Source: Lama guanicoe
Lineage: Eukaryota
Reading direction: 5' to 3'
Assembly (NCBI GenBank): GCA_013239625.1
Contig: MU053881.1
Coordinates: 4,609,957 to 4,673,956 of the forward strand
Length of the DNA stretch: 64,000 bases
Shown here: positions 38,920-49,859 of the stretch, in pieces
Position numbering within the stretch: position 1 is the first letter of the stretch
Layout of the letters: the number at the start of each line of letters is the position of its first letter
Made by a program: the position numbers and the translations under genes
Notes under the pieces: model-generated
The model's input: the letters and a program-made list of their open reading frames with translations, nothing else
Database searches by the model: none
What the model was told of the DNA's origin: nothing

Positions 38920-40085
38920 ACTACAAAAATATATTAGAAATATACATTATATTATTAGTAGAATAGTATAATATATACTTCAATATAATATCATAGTATA
39001 ATACACTATATACATTATCACACATTATACTATGTAGTGTATACGTATATATTATTCTATAGCTTAATGTATTATACTGCGTATACTATATATGCTTTAC
39101 AATTATATGCTATAGTATAATATATACATATTATACACAATACATTATATTTATAGTGTATGTGTATTATATCTTCTATTTTTATGTCGTTAATGTCCTT
39201 GTTTTTAATCCTTTCTGGGTTTTGCACCATGTCTTTCCCACTCCAAGACTAAAGATTATTCTTCCATGACTTCTTCTGAGACAGCTATGGTTTCATTTTT
39301 TTTTTTTATATTTGGAATTCATGGTCCATTTGGCATTTACCATGGTAAATGCTATGAAATAGGAACCAAATTTTTTTTTTCACTCCTGGATGGCTATTCA
39401 GATATCCCAATTCCAGTTACTGAACAACTCAGATTTCCTAATTTGTCTGAAATCCTGCTTTCACTATAATAGTAAATATTCCATATGTTAAAAAATTTAT
39501 ATAACATCTAGTATATATAGTGTATTTATACATACACACACAGAGCACTATATATTGTGTATACTATATGTTACCTGTACACTACATACATGTGATGTAT
39601 ACATACAGTATATTGTGCTATATACACACATTATATACTACACTGTATATATATATAGTATACCATTTACTATATATAGTATTATAACATATTACATTAT
39701 ATTCTATATTATATATACCAGTATATAGTATATATTATAATACTATAATATACTATACTATATTACATATTATAGTATGTATTGTACTATATATTGCATA
39801 CAATGTAAACACATAGTATGCTATATATAACATATGTATACAATGTGTATACATACATGTAGTACATTATCTGTATTATGTGTACACTTTTATGTTATAC
39901 AGTATATGTTACACTATGCTTATATTTTATACTATGTTTATAAACATACTATATATAATATAAAGAATATTATACTATACATCATAGTATTATATTATAT
40001 ATTATATATTATAAAGTATTATATATTTTTATATATAGTACATAGTATAATATGTAATAATAATATAATAGTAATATAATAATAA
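38920..40085. repeat. Two TA-rich low-complexity blocks (38920-39180 and 39490-40085) enclosing an old L1 fragment
   Basis: Degenerate (TA)n/(TATAC)n seen directly. 39180-39490 resembles minus-strand ancient L1 (gatggctattcagatatcccaattccagttactgaa). Confidence 0.85.
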
Positions 40086-40169
40086 TAACCCTTGTGGGGT
40101 TGTTGGTGGATTGAGTGACAAACTTGACAAAGACTGAAATATTGGCCTCCTTTCTCCACGTTCCCTACG

Positions 40170-40523
40170 TGTAGTGTTATACATCCATAGCCTCGCCATT
40201 GCTTCAGGGGCTACGGGGGGGATACTTCCCTACCCTTGACTTTGGACTTGACTATGTTACTTTGGCCAGTGAGATGCTAATAATGGTTTAAACTATGCCT
40301 GCATAACTGGCATTGCCCTGATGGCAAGGGAGCTTGCCTTGGCTCGAGGAAGCAGCCAGGAGGAGGAGGATCACATGGACAGACCTGAACCCAGCCTTCA
40401 GCCGGAGCCCGACCCAGCCAAGCCCCACGCAGATCAGACAAACCCCAACTGACCTCCAAACATGTGAGCTGAACATCCCTGAGATTCTGTGTTTGCTTAT
40501 TACACAGTCAAAGCTGAGTGTAT
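40170..40523 (+). mobile_element. Old MaLR LTR (MLT1H/I-like)
   Basis: ccttgactttggacttgactatgttactttggccagtgag; gacctgaacccagcc. Confidence 0.65.
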
Positions 40524-40779
40524 GGTAAACACTCAATATTCATATTATGATTATTGGCATGAAAAACTGCCCAAGGCTCATACAACCAGGGTATTCATCA
40601 GGAATGCCAGGCCTGTGATATTTGCTCTCATACTAAAAGTTGCACCGTAAGCTCTCCAGGGCCTATTCGGGCCTTGAGCCAGTAGGCATCCCATGGTGTG
40701 GTTGACCAGTGGAATCATTAACACGTTTCCCTTCTGATCGGCACCGGTGTTTGTTCCAAGTTCTCTACTGCACGGCCAC

Positions 40780-41110
40780 ATTCTCCACTCACCCATTTGA
40801 GCAATGTTTATCAAGTGCTTTCCACATTTGCTAGCAAGAGCACAAGCCAAAATGAACAAGGCAGACGAGGCTGAGCCTGCAAGGAGCCTCATTCTAGCAG
40901 GGGAAACAGGTAACAAGACACACATAAAGAAACAAGCAGGTATATATACACCGATGAGAGCTGGGAGGGCAATAAAGGGGTAAGGAGCCAGAGAGTAAGT
41001 GGGGAGCCCACTTTATCTAGTGGTCAAGGAGGAGGGAAGGGCAAGTGCAAACTGCAAAGTGCCTGGGGAGCCAAAAGGAGCCATATGGCTTGAGGAGTGT
41101 GTGAGAGGTG
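40780..41110 (-). mobile_element. L2 3' end
   Basis: aatgtttatcaagtgc...aatgaacaaggcagac...ctcattctagcagggga. Confidence 0.7.
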
Positions 41111-41112
41111 AG

Positions 41113-42810
41113 TGTGAGAGAGTCCAACCACATTTCTCATCCCCAAATGTCTCTGTCACCAATTTTCCAACCATGTTCCTTCCAAGTCCCTGACCATCCA
41201 GCCAAACCACTGGCCACAACCCATGATTGATACAGAATTGAACATTTGGCCACTTCCTCTTCCAGGCAAAATGAACAACCAGGTGCACTGCTCAAAGTTC
41301 TGCCCGCTGGGAGGATGTCCCTTCACCACCATCCTCCAGGGATGTCCCAGAGAGGGGCTTGTCTTGTTGCCACCATCCACTTTCAGGGGGTGCATGCATA
41401 TCGTGCAAAACCATCTGTAAACCAGGCCCGGTCTTCATAGGGAGCTCCCCCCGAGGCCGTGGGTGCAGGCTGGGAGAGAGAAGGCAGTGTAGCAGAACTG
41501 AGGACCTCAGCATCTGGACCACTTCATCACGTAATTTGCACTTGCCTTCAGGGCCCAGCCATGTATACACCCCTTCTATTTTGACAATGAAGTATCGCTG
41601 TGTGCACCTGACTTTACAGCTTGGTGAATCAGAAAACATGTGGTTCATGATTGACAGCTCAGATCTTATGGTAAGTTGGTGGCCCAAAGTGAAGTGTTCA
41701 GTCTCTATTAAGGCCCAGTAGTAAGCCAAGAGCTGTTTCTCAAAAGGAGAATAGTTATCCGTGGGTGATGGCAGAGTCTTGCTCCAAGATCCTACAGGCC
41801 TGTGCTGGGATTCACCCAGAGGGGCCTGCCCATGGCTCCACCCAGCATCCTTGTCAATCACTGACATTTCAGGTACCATTGGATCTGCTGGGTCCTATGG
41901 CCCAAGTGGCAGAGAAGCTTGCACAGCAACCCGGACCTGTTACTGAACCTTCTCTTCTGGGCATTCCTCAAAATAAGCAGCTTTTGGGGTCACTGAGGAA
42001 ATGAGCCAGAGCAACACCCAGGTGAAGAGCATGTTGCCTCCAAAATCCCAAGAGATGCCCAAGGCCTTGTGCCCCTTTCTTGGCTGCAGGAAGAGTCAGA
42101 TACAGCAACCTGTCCTCGGGGGTGGGTATAGCTTGGGGGGTGGGTACAGCTCATGGTAGAGCACATGCTTAGCATGCACGAAGTCCTGGGTTCAATCCCC
42201 GGTACCTCCATTTAAAAAAAAAAGAAAAAATTTGTCCTTCACCTGAGAAGGGATGTCTCAACACACCCCACACCACTGACCTCGAGAAATTTTCCTGAGG
42301 CAGAAAGCCCCTGAAACTGAGTTAGACTTATTTCCCAGCCTGTGACACACGAATGTCTCATTTGTAAGTCTGGAGTAGTTGCTACCTCACCCACAGGAGG
42401 GCCAGTCACCGTAAGGTTATCGATGGCCACGGCCCAGTGTGATATCGCGCGGAGGGGGAAGGCCACCAAGATTCCTGGAAACTAAACGACGACGTGGGGG
42501 TGGAGGCTTTGGTGTGCCCCTGAGGTGGGACAGCGAACGTGCACTGCTGGCCTCGTCAGCTGAAAGCAAATTGCTTCTGGTGGGTCTTATGGACAGGGAT
42601 GGAGGAACAGGTCTTTGGCAAATCAGGAGCTGCATGCCGGGTACCAGAGTAAGTGTGAATTTGCTCAAGCCATAAAACCACATCTGGTACTTCAGCTGCA
42701 CCTGGAGTCACCACTTGGTTAAAGCTTATGATCATCCACTGTGATTCTCCAGAATCCATCTGTCTTCTGCACAGGCCAAATAGGCGAGCTGGATGGGGTG
42801 CGGCGTATCC
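41113..42810 (-). pseudogene. ERVL (class III ERV) pol fossil: reverse transcriptase, connection domain and RNase H, multiply frameshifted
   Basis: Translated fragments resemble ERVL Pol as recalled: NQVVTPGAAEVPDVVLWLEQI...IPVHKTHQKQFAFS (RT N-terminus); AIDNLTVTGP...GWEIS (degenerate YIDD region); GSWSKTLPSPTDNYSPFEKQLLAYYWALIETE; SSQRAEL and HLVVHFAWK (RNase H). Confidence 0.92.
42118..42228 (+). mobile_element. Camelid tRNA-derived SINE (Vic-1-like) inserted in ERVL pol
   Basis: tacagctcatggtagagcacatgcttagcatgcacgaagtcctgggttcaatcccc plus an A tail. Degenerate TSD aacctgtcct (42107-42116) / aatttgtcct (42229-42238). Confidence 0.9.
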
Positions 42811-43186
42811 GGCCAGGCCACCTGATATAAAACTAACCATCACGGATATTAGCCTACAGGGAGCCTCGCAGGCAGAAATGTGGGCATCACGGAGAAACTC
42901 CTGGGCTCTTCATAACGAAAACTAGCCTGAGAAGGAGGCACTGTCTCCTGCTGCCAGGGTTATCACTTCCTGTGGAACAGGGCTAACCAGTCGGTAGCAG
43001 GAAGATGTTTTCCTCATGGGAAATGGAACTGCGAAGTCACTGGGGAAAAGATGTGGTGGTCGTGGTGTTAATTTCTGTGGCCTGCATGGTGCTGAGGGAT
43101 GCTTGCTTTTAGAAAATGAAAAAGAAACCAACCACAGGTCAGAAGGAAAGAGTGATTTCTGGTTGAAATCACCCGTTATCTCCCCG

Positions 43187-43799
43187 TGCAGTGGCAACTT
43201 CGTATCACATTGGTTTAGCCAAGCTGGAAAGATCTTTCCCAGAATTCTAGTCCACGCACACAGGATTCTGGGCCACGAGACCAATCTGTGCAGGCTTTGG
43301 AAGGTAGATGTGAAGCCACAGCCACGCCCAGGCTCAGAAGCCACGTTCAGGGTCACGTGCTGTCGCAGCGCCAGTGGGCTGTCACTCACCTTGCAGGTGC
43401 CAGGCAGCAGCCAGGCTGCAGCTTCCTCAGCTCCCGCCGGACCTCCTCTTCCAGCTTCTCTGAGTCCTGGGCCAGGAGTGTTGCTCCATGACAAAGCACA
43501 CCAGCTGCTCCTGCGGGGCATCCATGTCCTGGAGGCGGGATGTCTGGAGGTGGAGGAAACCGAGATGGGTTCCAGCTCCTCCTCGTGGGTCCCAGCGTGG
43601 CCTGGTTTCCCTCACTTCACATCCACCTTCTCACAAATGCCAGCCCTGCTGACCTCAGGCCCAATGCCAGATGCAGAAGCAATATCCTTACAGAGTGTTG
43701 CACCAGTTCCCATGGGTGCACAAGGTCAGATCCCTGAAATAAATCCTTCACTCTCTACCACAGAGGTTCTGTTTCTCTGATGGAAACCTGACTACCACA
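43187..43799 (+). mobile_element. ERVL-class solo LTR (LTR41-like)
   Basis: TG...CA ends; ccaagctggaaagatctttcccagaattc near the 5' end; aataaatcc...ggttctgtttctctga...cctgactaccaca at the 3' end. Confidence 0.6.
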
Positions 43800-44804
43800 C
43801 ACACCTACATCCCCCCTCGGAGGCCTGAGTGGAAGACTGCCCCCTTCACATCTCCCTGTTGTCCGTAGTGTCTGCAGACTCATGAATGAGTGACCCTTCT
43901 CGCCATGGTGGGTTCCAAGGTGGAGGTGGTGTCAGACAGGAGAGGCGCAAAGACAGAGCTGCAAGAAAGGCATGGGGAGGATGGAGGAGAATGAGGCTCA
44001 TATATGCAGGACTCCCCTTCCCAAATCTGTCCCCAGCCCGTGCATACAGGGAATAAATCAGCTGAAGTCCTCTTTGCAGAGCCCAGGCCTTGATCTGTGC
44101 TTCTGAGGAGGTTCATGGAAATACTTAAGAGAGGGGAGAGCCACCCTGACATCTTAGACTTGGGGAGGTACCACACCTGGGACATGGGCACCTTCTGGAC
44201 CTGTTTGTTTCCCACATGGGTGGCCAGGGAGAGAAGACAACCAAAAGCAGAGAGGACAGCATGGCCTTAGGAAGTGAAGTAGAGTGATCTGAGACATTTC
44301 TGCCTTCAAAGGATAAATTGAAGGACTCCAGAGGGCACTGTATCATAGGACAGAATAACAAGCCACCAAACCCTCATATGAATCCTGTCGTATGACTGTA
44401 GAATATGAGGTCACGCTAAGGAGTTGAAGAGCAGGAGACAAAAGCAATGAAGGAAATACCTTCAGATGCATCACAGAATCAACTTCCGGGCTTCCACGGA
44501 CACGCGCTGCAGCTGACGCTGTAAAGACGTGAGCGACTGATGACTGGTAACACCAGTGCACTTACGCGAGGTTGTGCAGTCCTTTGGAGAAACAAAGCAT
44601 CAGGCTTTGGTTCCCGCCACTGGGAGGGTGGAGGTGAAGGGCTTCCTGTTGCTCAGCCCAAGTGACAACTCTCCACATGTGCACAGAGCAAATCCCCCTT
44701 CCTCCCCTGCAAGATCGGCTCAAAGGGCTCTCCTCTAAGAATCCTCTGTAGAACCCCCAAACGGGGGGAACCTGGTTTCCTGAGTGCTTGGGGCACTGGA
44801 GGAA

Positions 44805-45050
44805 GCAGAGTGCGGCCGTGCTTTGAGACTGGACTTTGGAGCCATTCTGCCAGGGTTCAAATCCCTACTTCCAACTTATGATCCATGTGCCCATGGGCAA
44901 GTCACGTGCGTCTCTTGATTCAGTTTCCTCAGCTATAAAACCCGGGTTGTAACAAAACCCACCTATTGGTGGCGTTGTAACAACGAGTTAATATATGCAA
45001 AGCCAGGGACAAGAGCCAGACATGAAGGACACTGTGCTAGTGCTCGATGG
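44805..45050 (+). mobile_element. MIR SINE
   Basis: gggttcaaatccc...gggcaagtca...cagtttcctcagctataaaa. Confidence 0.8.
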
Positions 45051-46899
45051 TTTATTCTTATTTCTCTTAGGATAAAGAGCACAGCCTTTCTTGCAGAATC
45101 ACCACTGATGCACTCAAGACTGGAGGCGTCTCAAGAGAAGGAATCACTGATCCAAATCTTGGTTTTGCTCTCAGTCCTGTGTGGTTCACGCAGAGTGAAT
45201 AGAAATCAATAACTATTTCCTCAATGAACATGCAGGTGCATTATAGGAAAGACGCTCTCTGTCCCACCACCCACCAAGAGAAACTGAATCTTGACACTAG
45301 TAATGGTCAACAACCCCTTTCCCCCAGGCAACCTGGACATGTGACAGCAATCGCATCGAGGCAGCAGGTCTGGGCGGGCTCTTTTAGGTGCTAACCCTCC
45401 TCACTTTTTCCTGTAACACTCTTGGCCCCCTCAACCTCCTTTCCTGCAAACATAAAGGAGATGGATTATGCGGAAGCCATGGGAGCAGAAGTTAGGAGTC
45501 CGCAGTCAGTGAATGAAGAGGAACCACACAGTGGAGCAGGGAAGCCTGGGTACCAATGCTGTCTCTGCTGTCTCTTCACGGGGTCTACTGCCTTGGACGT
45601 GACAGTCTGAGGCTCCGTGCCTCAGTATTCCTCATCTAGGAGATGGGGCTAAGATATCAACCTCCAGTCGCAGGGAGAGATGAGCAAGCTTGCAAATGGA
45701 GTGCCCAGCCCGGGACCCGGCACACGGAAGAAGGTCTGGGTTCCAAGGGCAGGGAGAGCTTGGCGCATCCAAATCCATATTTGTCTGCAACTGCACATCC
45801 CCAGGGGCAGAGGGAGCCGCTTGCTTAGATTCACCTTGGTTTTCTTTTCCCAATAGCCTGGTGCAGTGCCGTGGGCACACCATGACACTCCACAGGTATT
45901 TCAGAAGAGCTGGGGAATCTCTGGTCTCTTCAGGGAGTAGGAAGCTTAAGCACTTGGATGGTGGACTTGGGACTAGAATTCAGGTTTCCTGACTCCAGCT
46001 CTGTAGCTGGAGACTCGAGACACTGTTTTCGCAGCCAGCAGCCACTCACAAAAGGACAAGAAGTGTCTGAGTGTGCCAAGGTCCCGATGTGGCTGGGCAC
46101 GAATGACCAGGTTTTCAAGATGGAAACAAAGTAAAGGGAACACCCATCAGTAGTGTGAAATATTCAAACAAAACTGAGAAAAAAAAAATGCAAGCCCTCC
46201 CCTATCATCGGCAACTAGAAGGAAGGGAAGAAAAGAGAAGGAGCCAGCATGAAAAAGAGACAGGGTGAAGGTAAACAAAAGAAGAAAACGAGCAACAGAA
46301 GCAGGGAAGGGAGCCCGGAAGGAGCAAGGAGACTCCCTTGGAGTTAGAGTAAGAAAAGATAGAAAAGCCGCTGAAGGCAGAGCCGGGGAGGGGTGAGGGC
46401 GGGAGTGCAGGGGCTCAGATCAGAATCCACCAACAGACAGCCGCAGGCAGATCACAGCCCATTCAAACTCAAGAGTAATTCACACTCAAGAGCCCAGCGC
46501 CTTAACCTGGAAACTGGGACAACTCACTGCAGTTGAGACTGAGTTTAAAGAAGGGGTAACAGTCAGAGAGACAAAGCCAGGCTCTCTCTGCTGGGTCTGA
46601 GCAGGAAAGTGAGAAACATTTCCACAACACAGACAGAGCAAGCGCTTCCCTAATTTGGGGACTGCTCCAGCTGAGCCCTGGTTTGTCCTCGGGCAGTGCA
46701 AGTTAGGGGGACAAACAGACTGGGGTTCATTCCAGCTCCAGACCATATAACATACTCAGTGGAGATGGGTTATTCTGGACGCCCCAACGTGCATTCTGTT
46801 TCTCGGGAGCAGCCCTGGACATTTATTCCCACATCCATCCCTCCCCATGCCTCCTCCAGGTGCCTGGGGGAGGGTGATTCCACCCTCTGACTTCATCGT

Positions 46900-47305
46900 T
46901 GGCCATCTCGGTTGAGTCAAAGCTAATTCATATAATCCTACCGTCCTGGTCACAGAAGTGGTTCAAGCTTGGTTCACGTTCCCGAAACTGATCTAATAAG
47001 AGCAAAACCCAGGATTTGGTTTAACAGTTGAAGAAAGGAATATTCTCTTGTCTGCTGGATACAATTAGGAGTAATGTAGCCCCAGGGCTATAGGTAACCA
47101 TCTTGTGACAATGAGGCGAGAATGACATGAGATTGGAGCCAAGCCAGAAGAATCAGAGTGGAGATTTTGACCTAGGTTGCATTACTTCTGGATCAAGCTG
47201 TTCCTGAAGGCTCTCAGTCAGTTCATTTAAGTGAATCAACAAATTCCCTCTATGATGGATCCAGCTGGAGTTTTTTGTCATATACAATGGAAATATTTCT
47301 AACAC
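46900..47305 (+). mobile_element. Old MaLR LTR (MLT1K/L-like)
   Basis: ccatcttgtgacaatgagg; ctggatcaagctgttcctgaag; aaattccct. Confidence 0.55.
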
Positions 47306-47444
47306 AATGTCTTACTGATTTTATGCATGATCACCTTGTGTTACAAAATAATAATGATGATGATATAAAAATAAAGGTAAGTGCTAAAGTAAACACATGT
47401 GGGAAACAAATTTAAGCACACGGAATCATTTAATTTCCTCAGGG

Positions 47445-48465
47445 GCTCACCACACACCTATCAGAATGGCTAAAATTACAAAAAGTGACCAAATCAAGTG
47501 TTGGTGAGAATATGGTGCAACTGGAACTCTCATGTACCTCAACAAGTTAGTGTGCTGTATAATAATTAAACTGGCCCATACTCGTGTTCATTGTAGCATT
47601 ATTAACAATAACCAAGACATGGAAACAACCTAAGTGCCTGTCAACGGATGAATGGTTTAAGAAAATGTGGTGTACATGTATACAATGGAATATTATTCAG
47701 CATGAAGAAGAATATAATAGACATTTATGACAACATGGATGTACCTCGAGGCCATTGCAACAAGTGAGATAAATTAGAGAGAGACAGATAAAATTCTGCG
47801 TGATCTCATTTACATGGAGTCTAAAAAGCCAAACTTGTAAAAACAGAGTAGAGTGGTGGTTGCCAGGGGTTGGGGCTGGGGGAATTGGGGCAATGTTATT
47901 TAAAGGTACAAACTTGCAACGAGTAGATAAGTTCTGGAGATCTAATGCACAACAAAGCAATTACAGTCAACAATACTGTGTTACAACCTTCCAAGCTACT
48001 AAGAGACTAGATGTTTTTTTAATTTATATCAACTATGTTGAGGTTTCATTTGCATGCAATAAAACACGTAGATTTTAAGTGTACATTTGGATGAGTTTTG
48101 ACAAATGTGTACACCCATGAAATCCACACCACTTTCGAGATACCGAACATTTTCATCACCCCGAGAATTCCCTTGTGCCCCTTCTCGGTCTCCCCCAGGG
48201 TCAGAGGCAGCAGCTATCCTGATTTTTGGTCACCAGAGATTAGTGTTATTCGTTCTAGAATTTGTATAACTGGAATCATGCAGGTTGTACTCTTCTGTGA
48301 GACTAGATCTGAACTATTCTCACCACAAAGAACTAATTATGGGATGTGACAGAGGTATTAGATAGCACTACAGTGGTCACCATACTGTAATATATAAATG
48401 TATCAAACCAACACCCTGTGCACCTTCAATTTACAAAATGTTACATGCCAATTATATCTCAATTC
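47445..48465 (+). mobile_element. L1 ORF2 end plus 3' UTR, interrupted by an antisense L1
   Basis: cacacctatcagaatggctaaaatt; ggaaacaacctaagtg; gccaattatatctcaat end. Confidence 0.88.
48013..48298 (-). mobile_element. Nested antisense L1 3' end
   Basis: ttttaagtgtacatttggatgagttttgacaaatg. 10 bp TSD gagactagat at 48003-48012 and 48299-48308. Confidence 0.85.
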
Positions 48466-49684
48466 AAATAGTAATAATAATAACTATCCTGGGAGTGACA
48501 GACACAGTTCACAGGGAATTCACTGACCACCGTGGGAGTCCAGAGGCAGGAGGGACCCCACAAACATATGAGAAGAGAAATAATCATAATAAGAAAACAC
48601 TGCCTTCTGCTTGGCCCTAAATCCCCCCACTCCCCTTGTCCTCCACTCATCCCATCCCACTTCCAGCCACCACCACCAACATCCATCCTCACCATCAGCA
48701 CTGTGATGTGTGGTGGGCAGGGCATGTCCTCTGCCATGCAGTGGGAATGACACCCTGGAGGTGAGAGGCTGAGAGTGGTCCACAGGATGCCGGACACGGC
48801 CGCCTTATCCCTGAACTGGGAAAGGGTCCTGGACCACAGGCAGCCCATCCCAGGCCGAGTGGCTCCCTCTGGCTCAGTTTGACATAAGAAGAGAAACCAA
48901 GCCAGCCACATCTCCTCTAGTAGGAATCTGCACAGGAGCATCCTGAGATGATGGGGCTGAGCTGAGTTATAGGGGCTCATGGTGAACCCAAATCACAAAG
49001 CGGCCAGAGCTGTGAGTAAATGGGAGTATTGGAGAAGAAGCACACAGAGCAGAGGGTGAGGCCCCCAGACAGAAGTGAGGGGAAGGAGCAGGCAGAGAGG
49101 GGGAAGGTCCCGGCCCCAGGGCCACCTCTGCCCCCAACGGCTCCTGGTCCCCCTTTTCCCTCTGTATTCTCCCCAACCCACCCTCCTTCAAGGGGCCTTG
49201 ATGAGTCACCAGGTTAACCAAAGATCTCTTGGGGCCTCCTCCCCTGACAGCTGCAGACAGACCGATGTCCTGTAGAAGGCCCTGGGACCTCTCACCTCTT
49301 ACAAGGCAGGGACTCCATTTTAGTGGCTCACTTCTTACTGACTTTTTAGCTTCAGAGCCAGAAATTCAAAATTCATCCCAGCAAGATTACTTCCTTGGAC
49401 ATCCGAGTCTATCCTCTCTCCTCAAAAAGCCACAGAGGAGCGGGGAATCCTTGTGTCCTCCAAAAACATTTCCGAAGACAAGAAACCGAAAAAGCTCAAA
49501 TGAAAAGATGGATTGAAAGTACTTCTTTGACCTATGGGATTACAGAGAGACCAGTTGTGTATGCATGTGTGTGTGTGCAAGCACATGTATCCATGTGTGT
49601 GTGTATGTGTGTGAGACCCTTGAACCCATTAACCTATTTAACCCTCTGTGAGTCTCTAAGCCTGGCCAGGGAGGGATGCTGAGA

Positions 49685-49855
49685 ACATGGAAGAATCATG
49701 GTCACCTGATGGGGAAGGACAGGTCTGCCTGTAAGAGGGCACGAGGGAACCTTCTGGAGAGATGGAAATATCCTATATCTTAATCGGGCAGTGGTTCTAC
49801 AAGTGTAAACATATGTAAAATGTCACTGAGTTGTACATTTAAGATTGGTGCACTC
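49685..49855 (+). mobile_element. Ancient L1 (L1MC/ME-like) 3' UTR
   Basis: gagggaaccttctggagagatggaaatatcctatatctt...gtacatttaagattggtgcact. Confidence 0.7.
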
Positions 49856-49859
49856 CATA

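Noticed and set aside
39834..40079. 81 aa Tyr/Ile-rich ORF
   Set aside because: It is a translation of TA-rich low-complexity DNA.
41292..41879. 195 aa ORF as a domesticated retroviral gene
   Set aside because: Only the first ~100 aa are in the Pol frame before it shifts. Neighbouring pol is frameshifted, SINE-interrupted and lacks YIDD.
42136..42210. tRNA gene
   Set aside because: It has A and B boxes but is followed by an A tail and TSD and is one of four related copies, so it is a SINE head.
43016..43780. Longest ORF (254 aa, + strand)
   Set aside because: It lies mostly within a GC-rich solo LTR, is Ser/Pro/Gly-rich, and has no recognisable domain.
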